Assembly (NCBI RefSeq): GCF_963921235.1
Contig: NC_086097.1
Location: 161,326,001-161,390,000, forward strand
DNA: 64,000 bases
Origin: Mobula hypostoma
Taxonomy: Eukaryota
Direction of reading: 5' to 3'
A program made the position numbers and the translations under genes. The notes under the pieces are model-generated. The model searched no databases and was not told the DNA's origin. It saw nothing but the letters and a program-made list of their open reading frames with translations. Shown in pieces: positions 1-13,296 of this stretch (the first letter of the stretch is position 1; each line of letters begins with the position of its first letter).

Positions 1-610
1 GCTAGTACTCCAGGACATCGCCTGTGGCTAGAGGAGACAAAGGTATTAGTCAATTATCTCTTCTGTCTCAGCTATCTCTTCACCTGCCTCTCTCCATAAT
101 CTGGGGTGTAAGCCATCAAGCCCTGGGTCTTATCCACTTTAATGCTCTTTAAGGACCCAACACTACCTCCTCCTTCACTGTGAAATGCCTGAGCATATTA
201 ATACTCTCGGCACTGACCACCCTACCCTCAACATCCTTCTCTTTAGTAAATATTGATGTAAAGTACTCATTAAGGGATTCACACACATCTTTCGCATACA
301 AGACAATGTCCCCCGCTCCCATCCTTCAGTTGTCCCACCCTCTCGCTAGATATCCTCCTGCTCCTGATGTACTGTATGCATAGAGGGCATTGGGATTCTC
401 TTTATTCCTACTTGCCAAAGATATCTTAAGACCCCTCTTTGTTTTTCTAATTCCCTTCTTGAATTATTTTCTAATTCTTTATAATTCGCAAAGACTCTGA
501 TTCCAGCTTCTACTTTTTATCTTCCCTCTTGACTAAATTCATCACCTCTCTCAACATCCAGGGTTTGCTTACCTTGCCATCCTTATCCTTCTGACTGGAA
601 CATACCTACT
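1..610 (-). mobile_element. Degenerate CR1 LINE ORF2 fragment
   Basis: Reverse complement of about 100-140 reads aaagtggataagacccagggcttgatggcttacaccccaga, matching the CR1 K.DKSPGPDG.HPR motif seen in better copies at 9590 and 42400. Confidence 0.65.
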
Positions 611-849
611 CTGTACCCTGGTAAAGCCAGGATTCCTATGAAGGAATAATTTTTCAAACAAAGAATGATGAAGTGGGAGCAAACTACCAGCCAGAGTGGT
701 AGTGATGGTGATGGTGTGGAGCATGGAATTATACGTGAGGCAGTTCGATTTGAAAAGGGGAAGTCCTATGGGTTTTGGATAAAGTAAAACTGGAAATACT
801 AGATTTTCAGAACATTTTTTACCCAGCATTAAAATATCAAAAACTCGTT

Positions 850-1140
850 CACAGCCATAAGGTGAGGGGGAGAAAGTTAAAGGAGATGTGTGAGGCAAGG
901 TAATTTTTTTAACACTGAAAGTGGTAGGTGCCTGGAACAAGCTGCTTCCAGGGTGATGGTGGAAACAGATATGATAATGGCACTTAAGAGGATTTAAATA
1001 GCTACAATGAACATGCAGGGAATGGAGGGATATGGATCCTGCTCAAGTAGATCAGTATATTTTAATCTGATACCATGGTCAGCACAGACATTGTGAGCCA
1101 AAGGGCCTGTCTTGTGCTATACTGTTCTATGTTCTATAGT
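850..1140 (+). mobile_element. CR1 3' end fragment
   Basis: CR1 C-terminal and 3' UTR sequence (aaagttaaaggagatgtg...gggcctgt) ending in a (ttctatg)n-like tail. Confidence 0.8.
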
Positions 1141-1184
1141 ACATTCTAACTTTAGGGCCTCTGTAATCATACAAAAACCAACTT

Positions 1185-1854
1185 GTGGAAGATCCTTAAC
1201 AGTGTTGATGTGCAGAGGGGTCTTGGGGTCCAAGTCCATAGCCCTCTGAAAGAGGCTACATAGATTGAAGGAGTGGTAACAAAGGCATGTGGAATGCTTG
1301 ACTTTATTAGTTGAGGAACTGAGTTCAAGGTTTGAGAAGTTATGTTGAGATTTATGAAACACTAGTTAAGCCGCATCTGGAGAATTGAATTTGCTGCTGG
1401 TCGCTGAATTGTAGGAAATATGTCAAAGTTTTGTAGAGTGGGCAGAAGAGGTTTGCATGTGCTATAAGGAGAGGTTGGACAAACTTGGGTTGTTTCTACT
1501 GGAGTGGCCGAGGCTGAGGAGAGATCTGATAGGCACTTAGACGATTATGAATGGCATAGATAGAGTATACAGCCAGTCTCTTTTCCCCAGATTTGAAATG
1601 TCTAATATCAGAGGACATACACTTAAGGTGAGAAGGGGTAAGTTTAAAGGAGATGTGCAGGGCAAGTTTTGAACAAGGGAGTGGTGGGGCTTGGAATGGG
1701 CTGCCTGGGGATGGAGGCTGAGGCAAGTACGACAGAGGCATTTAAGAGGCTCATAAATAGCAATTTAAGAGGCTCTTAGATTGGCACAAGAATGTGCAGG
1801 AAATTGAAAGATATGGACATTTTGTAGGCAGAGGAGATTAGTTTAGTTAGGTAA
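1185..1854 (+). mobile_element. CR1 3' fragment split by Gypsy-A; the remainder lies at 6328-6403
   Basis: Degenerate ORF2 C-terminus. The 3' UTR stops at 1854 and resumes after the 3' LTR (tactaatttaattagctc...ctgttctatgttct). Confidence 0.8.
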
Positions 1855-2082
1855 TGTGGTAAACCATATATATGTTGTAACTGGGTTACCTGTCTGGACA
1901 CACCCCTCTGCTGACTGCCCCTGTGGCTCCTCCCACAGAACCCTGAATAAAGGTGATTTCGCCTTGCCCCTCACCCTCAGTCCAGGGGCAGACACTCAGC
2001 AAGGAAGTCGTATTGTACAGCGAATAAAAGCCTTTCAGTATTTACCCTACTTCAGTCTTTTGACATTATTAAAGGTGTTTCA
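1855..2082 (+). repeat. 5' LTR of Gypsy-A
   Basis: tgtggtaaacc...ggtgtttca, with AATAAA at 2023. About 13 substitutions plus one 2-bp indel versus the 3' LTR (hand count). Confidence 0.95.
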
Positions 2083-2107
2083 ATTTTATTCACTGTAATT
2101 TTAAAGC

Positions 2108-3316
2108 ATGGAACGCGCCCTGAGACCGGACAAGTTACATCTCAATCTGCAATCACCTGAAGCTGGAAACGCTGTTGAGCTCTGGCTGGCCTGCTTCGAA
2201 TCGTACCTAGAGGAGATTAAAGCGACCGACCCCGTAGCGAAGCGCAGAGTTCTCCTCTCCAGGGTCAGTCCACGTGTCTATTCGCTGATCAGAGAGCAGC
2301 CAAACTACGACGGCGCGATGAGCGAACTCAAAGGACAATACATGCAGCCGATAAACAGCGTCTACGAGCGACATTGTTTAGCGACTCGAAACCAGCAGCC
2401 CAGGGAATCAAGTGCCGAGTTCATTCAGGCCCTACGGATGCTCGTGCGGGCCTGCAGTTGCCAATAACTGACAGCAATACAGCATGCAGAGCTCCTAGTG
2501 AGAGACACCTTCGTCACGGGGACCAGGTCAGTGTACGTGTGCCGGTGGCTGTTGGAAAAAGCCGATCTTACCTTAAGTTCGGTGATCGAGCTGGCCAACA
2601 CGCTGGAGGCCTCTCTGCATAACTCTGAGCCTCTCCAGGTACGCAATCCCCCGATGGCCTCGTGGGCGCCGCAGACCCCACAACCCACTGGTGAATCGAC
2701 CACGGCTGCTGCCAGTCACGAGTCCCAGCAACCCGCCAGCGAATCGACCTCGGTTGCTGCCAGTCGCGAGTCCGCGAAGTGCTACTTCTGTGGACTCGAG
2801 AAGCACCCCCGGAAACGCTGCCCGGCCCGAGAAGCTACCCGCTGCAGCTGCAGAAAGAAGGGCCACTTCGCCAAGGTCTGTAAGTCCAAACCGCAAGCGG
2901 GATCGAGCAGCGCCGCGTGCAAGACATGGGGGTCACCATCTTGCCTGCCGCCATCTTCCCTGCACGCCGCCACCACTTGTGAGACATGGGGGCGGCCATC
3001 TTGGTTGGCACCCCCTCCCACCGCCTACGACCAACGGGTGCTCATGGGGCACCCCACCGTGCCGGACCAAGACAGCGACTCAACCCTGGCCTCCGTGACT
3101 CTCGACCAAAGCGCCCCGCACCAGCTTGCAAGGTCAATGATGGACATCCTGGTGGAGGGGCGCAGGACAATCTGCCTGTTTGACACAGGCAGCACTGAGA
3201 GTTTTATCCACCCGGACATGGTGCAGCATTGCGGACTTGTGATACAGCCGGTAAGTCAGAGGGTCACCATGGCTCTGGGTCGCATACAACAGACATCGGG
3301 GGGGGGGGTTGTGTAG
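2108..3316 (+). pseudogene. gag: Gypsy-A gag plus aspartic protease (premature stop at about 2467)
   Basis: ORFs 2108-2467 and 2498-3316 share a frame. Double zinc knuckle CYFCG..HPRKRC / CSCRKKGHFAKVC and protease motif LFDTGS. Confidence 0.9.
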
Positions 3317-3639
3317 CGACGCTAGTGGTGTAGGGCACAGAATATCGAGACTTTACGTTACTGGTCATGCCTCAACTGTGTGCCCCTGTGCTATTGGGGC
3401 TCGACTTCCAGAGCCACCTGAAAAGCGTGACAATGAAGTATGATGGGCCCCTCCCACCAATCACTGTCGTAAATCCCCAGTTTTGTAGGGATACGTCACA
3501 TACCCTGCTATTGACCACACACACACACCGACCCGCACATCCCACCCAACACCACGCCAATTGCCGTACTACTGACACCACTTGCGGCCTCTCCACCCTC
3601 AGGATCCCTCCCCACCGCTGTTCGCCAACCTGACCCCCG

Positions 3640-5888
3640 ACTGTAAACGTGTGGCAGCTAAAAGCAGGAGGTACAGCACGGGGGACAGAGCCTTCATTAA
3701 GTTAGAGGTGTAACGGCTGCTCAGGGAGGGGGTCATTGAGGCAAGCACAAGTCCTTGGAGGGCGCAGGTGGTCGTTGTTCAGAACGAGAAGAAGAATAGG
3801 ATGGTCATGGACTATAGCCAGACCATCAATAGGTTCACGCAGCTCGCAGCGTACCCTCTACCCTGCATCGCGGATATGGTCAATCAGATAGCACAGTACA
3901 AGGTGTACTCGACCATAGCCCTAAAATCCGCTTACCATCAGCTCCCCATCCGCCCGGTGGACCGCCCTTACACTGCCTTTGAGGCGGACGGCAGGTTTTA
4001 TCAATTCCTGCGCGTCCCCTTCGGTGTCACGAATGGTGTATCTGTCTTCCAGAGGGCAATGGACCGGATGGTGGACCAGTGCCAAATGAAGGCCACGTTC
4101 CCATCTCTGGATAACATCACCATCTGCGGTCACAACCAGCAGGATCATGACAACAACCTCCAAAAATTTCTCCAAGAAGCCAAAGCTTTCAACCTCACCT
4201 ATAACAAGGACAAACGTGTGTTCAGAACCACCCGACTTGCTATCCTTGGGTGTGTTGTGGAGAATGGAGTCTTTGGCCCTGACCCTGGTCCTGACCGTAT
4301 GCACCCCTTGTTGGAACTCCCTCCTCCCAACACCCTCAGAGCCCTCAAAAGGTGCCTGGGCTTCTTTTCATATTACGCCCAATGGGTCTCTAATTACGCA
4401 GACAAGGCCCGCCCCTGGTCAGGTCCACCACATTCCCCCTCTCAGCCGAGGCCCGTGCGGCCTTCAGCCGCATAAAAGGGAACATTGCCAAAGTAGCAAT
4501 GCATGCGGTGGATGAGTCCATTCCCTTCCAAGTGGAGAGTGACGTCTCCAACTTCGCACTGGCTGCTACCCTCAACCAGGCAGAAAGACCAGTGGCGTTC
4601 TTCTCCCGTACTCTTCAAGGCCCTGAACTTCGGCACTCCGCAGTGGAGAAAGAGGCCCAGGCCATAGTGGAAGCTATAAGGCACTGGAGGCACTATCTTG
4701 CCGGCAAAAGGTTCACCCTGCTGACTGACCAGCGCTCAGTTGCATTCACGTTTAATAATCAGCAGCGGGGCAAGTACAAAAATGATAAAATTCTAAGGTG
4801 GAGAATCGAACTCTCCACCTACAACTATGACATCATGTACAGGCCTGGGAAGCTCAATGAGCCCTCCGATGCCCTGTCCCGGGGAACGTGCGCCAGCGCA
4901 CAGATCGACTGGCTATATGCCCTACATGTAGATCTTTGCCACCTGGGGGGCCACCCGACTTTTCCACTTTATGAAAGCCCGGTACCTGCCTTACTCCCTT
5001 GAGGAGATCAGGACGATGACCAGGGACTGCCAAGTCTGCGCAGAGTGCAAACTGCACTTCTACCGACCCGAAAAGGCACAACTCATCAAGGCCACCCGTC
5101 CCTTTGAGCGACTGAGTGTTGACTTTAAGGGCCCCCTTCCCTCCACTGACCGCAATGTGTACTTTCTTAACGTTATTGACGAGTACCCGCGGTTCCCCTT
5201 CGCCATCCCCTGCCCCGACACCACTACCATGTCAGTTATAAATGCCCTGCGCAAGCTCTTCACTCTGTTCGGATACCCATGCTATATCCACAGTGACAGA
5301 GGGTCCTCTTTTATAAGTGACGAGCTGCGCCAATACCTGCTGGCTAGGGGAATTGCAACTAGTAGGACCACGAGCTATAATCCCCGGGGGAATGGACAGG
5401 TGGAGAAGGAGAATGGCACAGTGTGGAAAGCCACACTCCTATCCCTCAGGTCAAAGGGACTGCCGGTCTCCCGCTGGCAGGAGGTCCTTCCCGAGGCACT
5501 CCACTCCACCCGCTCCCTGCTATGCACGTCCACCGATGCCACCCCTAATGAGCAACTCTCTTCTTTTCCCAGAAAGTCGACCACTGGGACCACCCTACCA
5601 ACTTGGCTGATGTCCCCGGGGCCAGTGCTGCTCTGGAAACATGCAAGGAGCAATAAATACTCCCCGATAATCGAGAGGGTTCACTTACTTCATGCGAACT
5701 CCCAGCATGCCTATGTGGTTTTACCTGATGGGCGGGAGGACACGGTCTCCATCCTCGACCTGGCGCCCGCAGGAGCTCCGGGCCCCTACCCTGAACGCTC
5801 CGTGGTGACTATTAACCCCGTATCCACCGATATATATATATACCCACCAGACACCGCACACTCCAAGCCCTACACAGACACCCCATGA
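3640..5888 (+). pseudogene. pol: Gypsy-A pol (RT, RNase H, integrase), frameshifted
   Basis: RT motifs VPFGVTNG and SLDN (degenerate YLDD), RNase H motifs VESDVS and EKEAQAI, integrase motifs SVDFKGP, HSDRG and GNGQVEK. Confidence 0.93.
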
Positions 5889-6097
5889 CACTCCCATACC
5901 GGGCGCGATGCACACGCACGAGGGATTACCGACGCCTAACCTCAAGTCAGGCCGTCGCCGATGCAATCACCACCGGTGCTACGTAGATCACAGCGATGGA
6001 CTCGGCCGTCTGATAGACTTGACCTGTAAATATACTTGTTTTAAATATTGTCAGTCACTTCACCCAGCGGGCTCTTTTAAAAAAAAGGAGGGGTGAA

Positions 6098-6327
6098 TGT
6101 GGTAAACCATGTATATATGTTGTAACTGGGTTAACTGTCTGGACACGCCCCTCTGCTGACTGCCCCTGTGGTTCCTTCCACAGACCCCTGAATAAAGGTG
6201 ATTTCGCCTTGCCCCTCCCCCTCAGTCCAGGGGCAGACACTCAGCATGGAAGTCGTATTGTACTGCGAATAAAAGCCTTTCAGTATTTACCCTACTTCAG
6301 TCTTTTGGAGTTATTGAAGGTGCTTCA
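6098..6327 (+). repeat. 3' LTR of Gypsy-A
   Basis: Direct repeat of 1855-2082, preceded by the polypurine tract aaaaaaaaggaggggtgaa. Confidence 0.95.
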
Positions 6328-6834
6328 GGTATACTAATTTAATTAGCTCAGAACAACATTGAGAGCCAAAGGGACTGTTCCTATGCTGGACTGTTCTATG
6401 TTCTTTGGTTAGAATGGACTTGGTGATGTTAGTCCTGTTTCGATGCTCTATCATTCTATAGGTAAAAAGTAAGACAAGAAAAGATACTTGTCATGTCTCT
6501 GTCAAGCCTGCCACTCAGAAATATGATGAAGATAAATCAGTTACATTGAGCAATTTACTAACCATTAGCTTTCGCAGGTCCCACATTCACAAAGTTATTA
6601 CATTATTTATGGCATGAGATTCATTGGATCTTTGTGGAGTTAATGTGATTAGAGTTCTAGTCAGTGTCATAACATGCAAGTCTGACATTAAGGCAAAAGA
6701 GGGTATTTTTGCATAAATTAAAGGCATAACATTACAGTGAATGGGAGGCTTGTTCTCATCCAGCTACTTTTTGAAAAATAACCAATAATTTAGATAGATA
6801 GAAAACTGGACAACTTAGACAACTGGAACACATA

Positions 6835-7460
6835 TGCCAGACTGTTGTTTGATAATCACAGCTCTATGTTCCACACCATCATCCCCTCAAAACTTATCGT
6901 CAAGTTCCAAGACTCGTGCCTCTGTACTTCCCTCTGCAACTGAATCCTCAACTTCCTCACTGGGATACCAGAATCAGTGCAAGTCGGAAACATCATCAAC
7001 ACAAGTGCTCCTCAGGATTGCGTCCTTAGTCCCTTGCTCAACTTTTCACCTAAAGAGGCGGTGTCTCAGTAAGACAACATCTATCATCAGGGAACTCCAT
7101 CCGGACCCTGCCATATTCTTAAGTTTCCATCAGATTCACACAGGAGCCTGAGGAGCAACACCTCAAGCGTCAGCAAAAGCTTCATCTCCACAGCCCTCGG
7201 GTTCTTGCTCTGACCTGGGAAGCCCTAACACTACTTCAGACTATATATTTATGAACTCTCTCAATCATACACTAATGCCGTCATATTTATTTAGCCATTT
7301 ATTTCTGTGCATGTGTAAGTTAGGTATAATTTCTGTTAATTTAAGTTCATATTAACTTATATTTGTTACGTTTATGCTGCTGCTGCACAAAGCTAACCTT
7401 CATAGCATTTATATTTTGAAGTTGTATGCCTATGAGAACAATAAACTTGAACTTGGAATT
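6835..7460 (+). mobile_element. Old, internally deleted Rex1/Babar-like LINE fragment
   Basis: Degenerate RLLFIDYSSAFNTIIP...LCNWIL motif (compare 46929-47678). 3' end aataaacttgaacttg. Confidence 0.7.
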
Positions 7461-8119
7461 TGGAATGTGAGTCATTGGGCACTCTTGTAATTCGATCCTG
7501 GTCTGAAGGGGGAGGAGGGTTTGACAGCTCATTCCTCATAATCTCCATAATTTTACACTACCAAATTAATCTCATTTCTAGATCTAATGTTGATTTATTC
7601 ATCTAATATTTGGTTCTATCACCCTAATCATAAAGTGCAAGTGTCCAGCAGGATCCCAGTTACGGGACCACCAATGAGAGTTTGTAACCTTCAAATAAAC
7701 TTTGATAAGTAATATGTTATTTCAATTATGATTATTTTATCAATGGCTTCAAAAAATGTTAAGATGGCAGACACGTACATTTATTGACAAATGTTACCTG
7801 CTGCTCTATTTATGCAATGAACATCTGCAGGAGGTTTACAGAAGAGGTAAGTCATATTCAACAACCAATGCACGTCACTCACTGTACACTTGGAGTCAGA
7901 GTCATTCAGCCCACTATGTCCATACCATCATCAAGTAGCCATCCATAACTTGTTCCATCGCCTTCTATATCTTGGCAATAAAAGGGCTAGTCCAGATAAT
8001 CCTTAAATATTGTGAGAATATCTGCCTCCATCAGCACTCCAGGTAGCATATTCCTGATCCCAACCTTGCCCTCAGTGAAAAATTCTTCCTCAGCTCCCTT
8101 CTAACTATTTACACTAAAC

Positions 8120-8531
8120 ATAATCTCTTAATTGCAGGACTCTGCAGAGAGTGGTGCGGACAGCCCAGCGCATCTGTAGCTTTGAACTTCCCACTATTCA
8201 GGACATTTACAAAGACAGGTGTGTAAAAAGGGCCCGAAGGATCACCGGGAACCTGACTCACCCCAACCACAATCTATTCCAGCTACTACCATCTGGGAAA
8301 CGGTACCGCAACATAAAAGCCAGGACCAACAGGCTCCGGGACAGCTTCTTCCACCAGGCCATCAGATTGATTCACGCACGCTGATTTGAGTGTATTTCTA
8401 TGTTACATTGACTATTCTATTTATTATAAATTACTATGATTGCACATGCACATTTAGACAGAGACATAAGGTAAAGATTTTTACCCCTCATGTATGTGAA
8501 GGACGTAAGAAATAAAGTCAATTCAGTTCAA
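8120..8531 (+). mobile_element. Rex1/Babar-like LINE 3' end inserted into a minus-strand CR1 3' fragment (about 7895-8570)
   Basis: ORF 8151-8384 gives LQRVVRTAQRI...HPNHNLFQLLPSGKRYR...SFFHQAIRL. Tail aataaagtcaattcagttcaat. Confidence 0.85.
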
Positions 8532-9134
8532 TGCCCTTTAGTTTTAGACATCTCTGTCAGCAAGAAAAGCTTCAGCATCAGTTCCACTGGTCACAGCCAA
8601 CTTGTTTTTACCATTTTGGAGTTCAGCAGCTTAACCAACAGATTTGCTTAATCTTCACATTACAGTCAGCGACATGAGGAACCTACCACCCAAGACTATT
8701 CGATAGATTTCCACCAGCTGGTTCATTGCTGATTGATTTTCATCTGGCTAAAGTTACAGTCCTCCAATTATCTGTCACTCTTAATATCAGTTTTAACCAG
8801 CAAGATGCTCTAAAGAATAGCGTAGCTGATGCTGAAAGAGTTTGTGCTGACTTAATAGTTCCAAGCAGGAATGTGGTAGACACAAATCTACCTCCCATCG
8901 GCAGTTTTCTATCTGTGCAGAGGTGAAGGGAGATCCCAAGATGGGAAATCTAGTATGGAATACATATGTCTTTCACTTCAGTGGAGATTACAGAGCTATA
9001 CAGAAGATTAAATTGAAATTTTGTAATTATTTACAGTATGTTTTATTTAATGTTTCTTGTTATTTTTAAGAATTTTTAGTATTTATTGGAAAATAAATGT
9101 TTTTCTTTTATAGCTTGTTGCATGTTTCTGACAT

Positions 9135-10543
9135 TCCAAAATAGTTGAGAAACTGTTAGCTCTGGGATTAGTAGGGATAACAGACAACTTAAAGGTAAAA
9201 CAGAGAGCAACTAACATTGCAAAAATTAGTCAGACGTTAGAAGATTAGGATGCTTTTAAAAACCAACAGAAGGCAACTAAAAAGAAACGAGAAAGATGAA
9301 ATATGAAAGTAAGCTAGCCAATGATAAAAAAGAGGCTGTTTGAAGATTTTTCAGATATATAAAAAGCAAAAGAGAGGTGAGAGTGGATATCGACCATTGG
9401 AAAATGCCACTGGAGTGGTAATAGTGGAGGGCAAAGAAATGATGGATGAACTTAAAGAGAATTTTGTATCAGTCTTCACTGTGGAAGACACCAGCAGTAT
9501 GCCAAAAAATTCGAGTGTCGGGGACAGAAGTGAGTGTAGTTGCTATTACTAAGGAGAAGGTGTTTGGAAACCTGAAAGATCTGAAGGTAGATAAGTCACC
9601 TCGACCAGATGGACTACATTCCAGAGTTCAAAAAAAATTAGGTTAAGAGATCGTAGAGGCATTATTAGTGATCTTTCAAGAATCACTAGATATTGAAATG
9701 GTTCCAGAAAACTGAGAAATTGTAGATTTCACTTCACTCTTTAAGAAGTGAGGGAGACAAATGAAAGGAAATTATAGGCCAGTGGTTGGGAACATGTTGG
9801 AGTCCATTATAAAGGATGACGTTTTGGGGTACTTGGAGGCATATAAGAAAATATGGGAAATCTTTCCAGAAAGGGAAATCTTGCCTGACAAATCTGTTAG
9901 AATTCTTTGAAGAAATAACAAGCAGGATAGACAAAGGAGAGTCAGTGGATGTTATTTATTAGGATTTTAGGAAGGCCTTTAACAAGATGCCACACGTGGC
10001 TGCTAAAGAAGATAAAAGCCCATGGTATTACAGGAAAGATACTAGCCTGGATGGAAGACCAGCTGACTGGCAGGAGGCACAGATTGGGTATAAGGAAGGC
10101 CTTTTCTTGTTAGCTGCTGGTGATTCGTGCTGTTCCTCAGGGGTCAGTGTTGGAACAGCTTCTTTTCACACTATATGTGAATGATTTGGTTGACCGAATA
10201 GATGCTTTAACATCAAGTTTGTGGATGATATGAAAATAGGTGGAGGGGCAGGTAGCCTTGAGGAAGCAGAGATTCTGAAGAAGGACTTAGCCAGATTAGG
10301 AAAATGGGCAAAGAAGTAGCAGATAGAATATAGAATAGAGAAGTGTATGCACTTCGGTAGAAGGAATAAAGGCACAGACATTTTCTAAACAAGGAGAAAA
10401 TTTTTAAAAACTGAGGTACAAGGGGACTTGGGAGTTCTTGTGCAGGATTTCTGAAAGGTTCACTCATAGGTTGTGTTGGTGGTAAGGAAGGCAAATGTAA
10501 TATTAGCATTCATTTTGGGAGGACCTGAACATAAATGCAAGGA
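9135..10543 (+). mobile_element. Degenerate CR1 ORF2, 5' part, split by Penelope-1
   Basis: Motifs FVSVFTVED, DKSPRPDG, GKSCLTNLLEFF and VPQGSV. Continues at 14849. Confidence 0.9.
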
Positions 10544-10601
10544 ACACACATAAAAATTGCTGGTGAACACAGCAAGCCAGGCAGCATCTCTAGGAAGAGG
10601 T

Positions 10602-10644
10602 GCAGTCGACGTTTCAGGCCGAGACCCTTCGTCAGGACTAACTG
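10602..10644 (-). ncRNA. Minimal type I hammerhead ribozyme (Penelope terminal repeat)
   Basis: Minus strand reads agttagtc-CTGACGA-agggtctcggcct-GAAA-c-GTC-gactg: conserved core, helix II, and helix I gtc/gac. Confidence 0.85.
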
Positions 10645-10932
10645 AAGGAAGAGTGAGTAAGGGATTTGAAAGTGAGGGGGAGGGGGAGATCCAAAATGAT
10701 AGGAGAAGACAGGAGGGGGAGGGATGGAGCCAAGAGCTGGACAGGTGATAGGCAAAGGGGATATAAGGGGATCATGGGACAGGAGGTCCGGGAAGAAAGA
10801 CAAGGGGGGGGGGAACCCAGAGAATGGGCAAGGGGTATATTCAGAGGGACAGAGGGAGAAAAAGGAGAGTGAGAGAAAGAATGTGTGTATAAAAATAAGA
10901 AACAATGGGGTACGAGGGGGAGGTGGGCATTA

Positions 10933-13296
10933 GCGGAAGTTAGAGAAGTCAATGTTCATGCCATCAGGTTGGAGGCTACCCAGACGGAATATAAGGTGTT
11001 GTTCCTCCAACCTGAGTGTGGCTTCATCTTTACAGTAGAGGAGGCCGTGGATAGACATGTCAGAATGGGAATGGGATGTGGAATTAAAATGTGTGGCCAC
11101 TGGGAGATCCTGCTTTCTCTGGCGGACAGAGCGTAGGTATTCAGCAAAGCGGTCTCCCAGTCTGCGTCGGGTCTCGCTAATATATAAAAGGCCACATCAG
11201 GAGCACCGGACGCAGTATATCACCCCAGCTGACTCACAGGTGAAGTGTTGCCTCACCTGGAAGGACTGTTTGGGGCCCTGAATGGTGGTAAGGGAGGAAG
11301 TGTAAGGGCATGTGTAGCACTTGTTCCGCTTACACGGATAAGTGCCAGGAGGGAGAACAGTGGGGAGGGATGGGGGGGACGAATGGACAAGGGAGTCGCG
11401 TAGGAAGCGATCCCTGCGGAATGCAGAGAGAGGTGGGGAGGGAAAGATGTACTTAGTGGTGGGATCCCATTGGAGGTGGCGGAAGTTACGGAGAATAATG
11501 TGTTGGACCCAGAGGCTGGTGGGGTGGTAGGTGAGGACCAGGGGAACCCTATTCCTAGTGGGGTGGCGGGAAGATGGAGTGAGAGCAGATGTACGTGAAA
11601 TGGGGGAGATGCGTTTAAGAGCAGAGTTGATAGTGGAGGAAGGGAAGCCCCTTTCTTTAAAAAAGGAAGACATCTCCCTCGTCCTAGAATGAAAAGCCTC
11701 ATCCTGAGAGCAGATGCGGCGGAGACGGAGGAATTGCGAGAAGGGGATGGCGTTTTTTCAAGAGACAGGGTGAGAAGAGGAATAGTCCAGATAGCTGTGA
11801 AAGTCAGTAGGCTTATAGTAGACATCAGTGGATAAGCTGTCTCCGGAGACAGAGACAGAAAGATCTAGAAAGGGGAGGGAGGTGTCAGAAATGGACCAGG
11901 TAAACTTGAGGGCAGGGTGAAAGTTGGAGGCAAAGCTAATAAAGTCAACGAGCTCAGCATGCGTGCAGGAAGCAGCGCCAATGCAGTCGTCGATGTAGCG
12001 AAGGAAAAGTGGGGGACAGATACCAGAATAGGCACGGAACATAGATTGTTCCACAAACCCAACAAAAAGGCAGGCATAGCTAGGACCCATACGGGTGCCC
12101 ATAACTACACCTTTAGTTTGGAGGAAGTGGGAGGAGCCAAAGGAGAAATTATTAAGAGTAAGGACTAATTCCGCTAGACGGAGCAGAGTGGTGGTAGAGG
12201 GGAACTGATTAGGTCTGGAATCCAAAAAGAAGCGGAGAGCTTTGAGACCTTCCTGATGGGGGATGGAAGTATATAGGGATTGGACATCCATGGTGAAAAT
12301 AAAGTGGTGGGGGCCAGGGAACTTAAAATCATCGAAAAGTTTAAGAGCGTGAGAAGTGTCACGAACATAGGTAGGAAGGGATTGAACAAGGGGGGATAAA
12401 ACCGTATCGAGGTATGCAGAAACAAGTTCGGTGGGGCAGGAGCAAGTTGAGACAATAGGTCTGCCTGGACAGGCAGGTTTGTGGATCTTGGGTGGGAGGT
12501 AGAAATGGGAAGTGCAAGGTGTGGGAACTATAAGGTTGGTAGCAGTGGATGGGAGATCCCCTGAGCGGATAAAGTCGGTGATGGTGTGGGAGACAATGGC
12601 CTGGTGCTCCTTAGTGGGGTCACGATCGAGGGGTAGATAAGAGGAGGTATCCGCGAGTTGTCGCTGTGCCTCGGCAAGGTAGAGGTCAGTATGCCAGACT
12701 ACAACAGCACCCCCCTTATCGGCGGGTTTAATAATAAGGTTAGGATTAGTGCGGAGGGAGTGGAGAGCAGAGCGTTCCGAAGGAATGAGGTTGGAATGGG
12801 GACAAGGTGCGGTGAAGTCGAGACGGTTGATGTCCCGTCGGCAGTTAGCGATAAAGAGATCCAGAGCAGGCAGAAGACCAGAGTGGGGTGTCCATGAAGA
12901 AGAGGAGGGTTGAAGACGGGAGAAGGGGTCATCGGTGGGGGTGGAAGAGTCCTTGCCGAAGAAGTAGGCTCGGAGACGGAGACAGCAGAAGAAAAGTTCC
13001 GCATCATGGCGAACACGGAACTCACTGAGGTGTGGGCGAAGGGGGACAAAGGTGAGGCCCTTACTGAGAACAGAGCGTTCTGCCTCCGACAGTTGAAGGT
13101 CGGAGGGGATGGTAAAGACCCGGCACGGATGAGAGCTGGGATCAGAGGGGGGAGGGGGGAGGCCGGGGGTGTCAGTGGAGAGGGGATGATTGGGGTGAGA
13201 GGAAGATGGAGCCTCTGAGGGCCCAGGAGCTGACGGTGGGATCTGAGGGAGACGGAGTTGCAGAGTGGTGGTGGGGGAAGGGGAGACGGGAGTCAC
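10933..13296 (-). pseudogene. Penelope RT plus GIY-YIG endonuclease, disrupted
   Basis: ORF 11758-13296 has LSKGLTFVP, IIKPADKGGAVVV, MDVQSLYTSIPH, GVVMGTRMGPSYA and RYIDD. Downstream frames give GVIYCVRCS...YI.ETRRRL. Confidence 0.93.

Larger units (their letters stand above)
1855..6327 (+). mobile_element. Full-length degenerate Ty3/Gypsy LTR retrotransposon (Gypsy-A)
   Basis: Paired TG...CA LTRs, gag-PR-RT-RH-IN order, PPT at 6079-6097 and imperfect 5-bp TSD ggtaa/ggtat. Confidence 0.97.

Noticed and set aside
6556..6650. TACTAAC branch point plus ctttcgcag acceptor
   Set aside because: All three downstream frames stop within about 25 codons and no clear donor follows.
7825..7852. Possible micro-exon ctgcag|GAGGTTTACAGAAGAG|gtaagt
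   Set aside because: It is 16 nt (frame-shifting) with a weak pyrimidine tract. It cannot be supported without RNA data.
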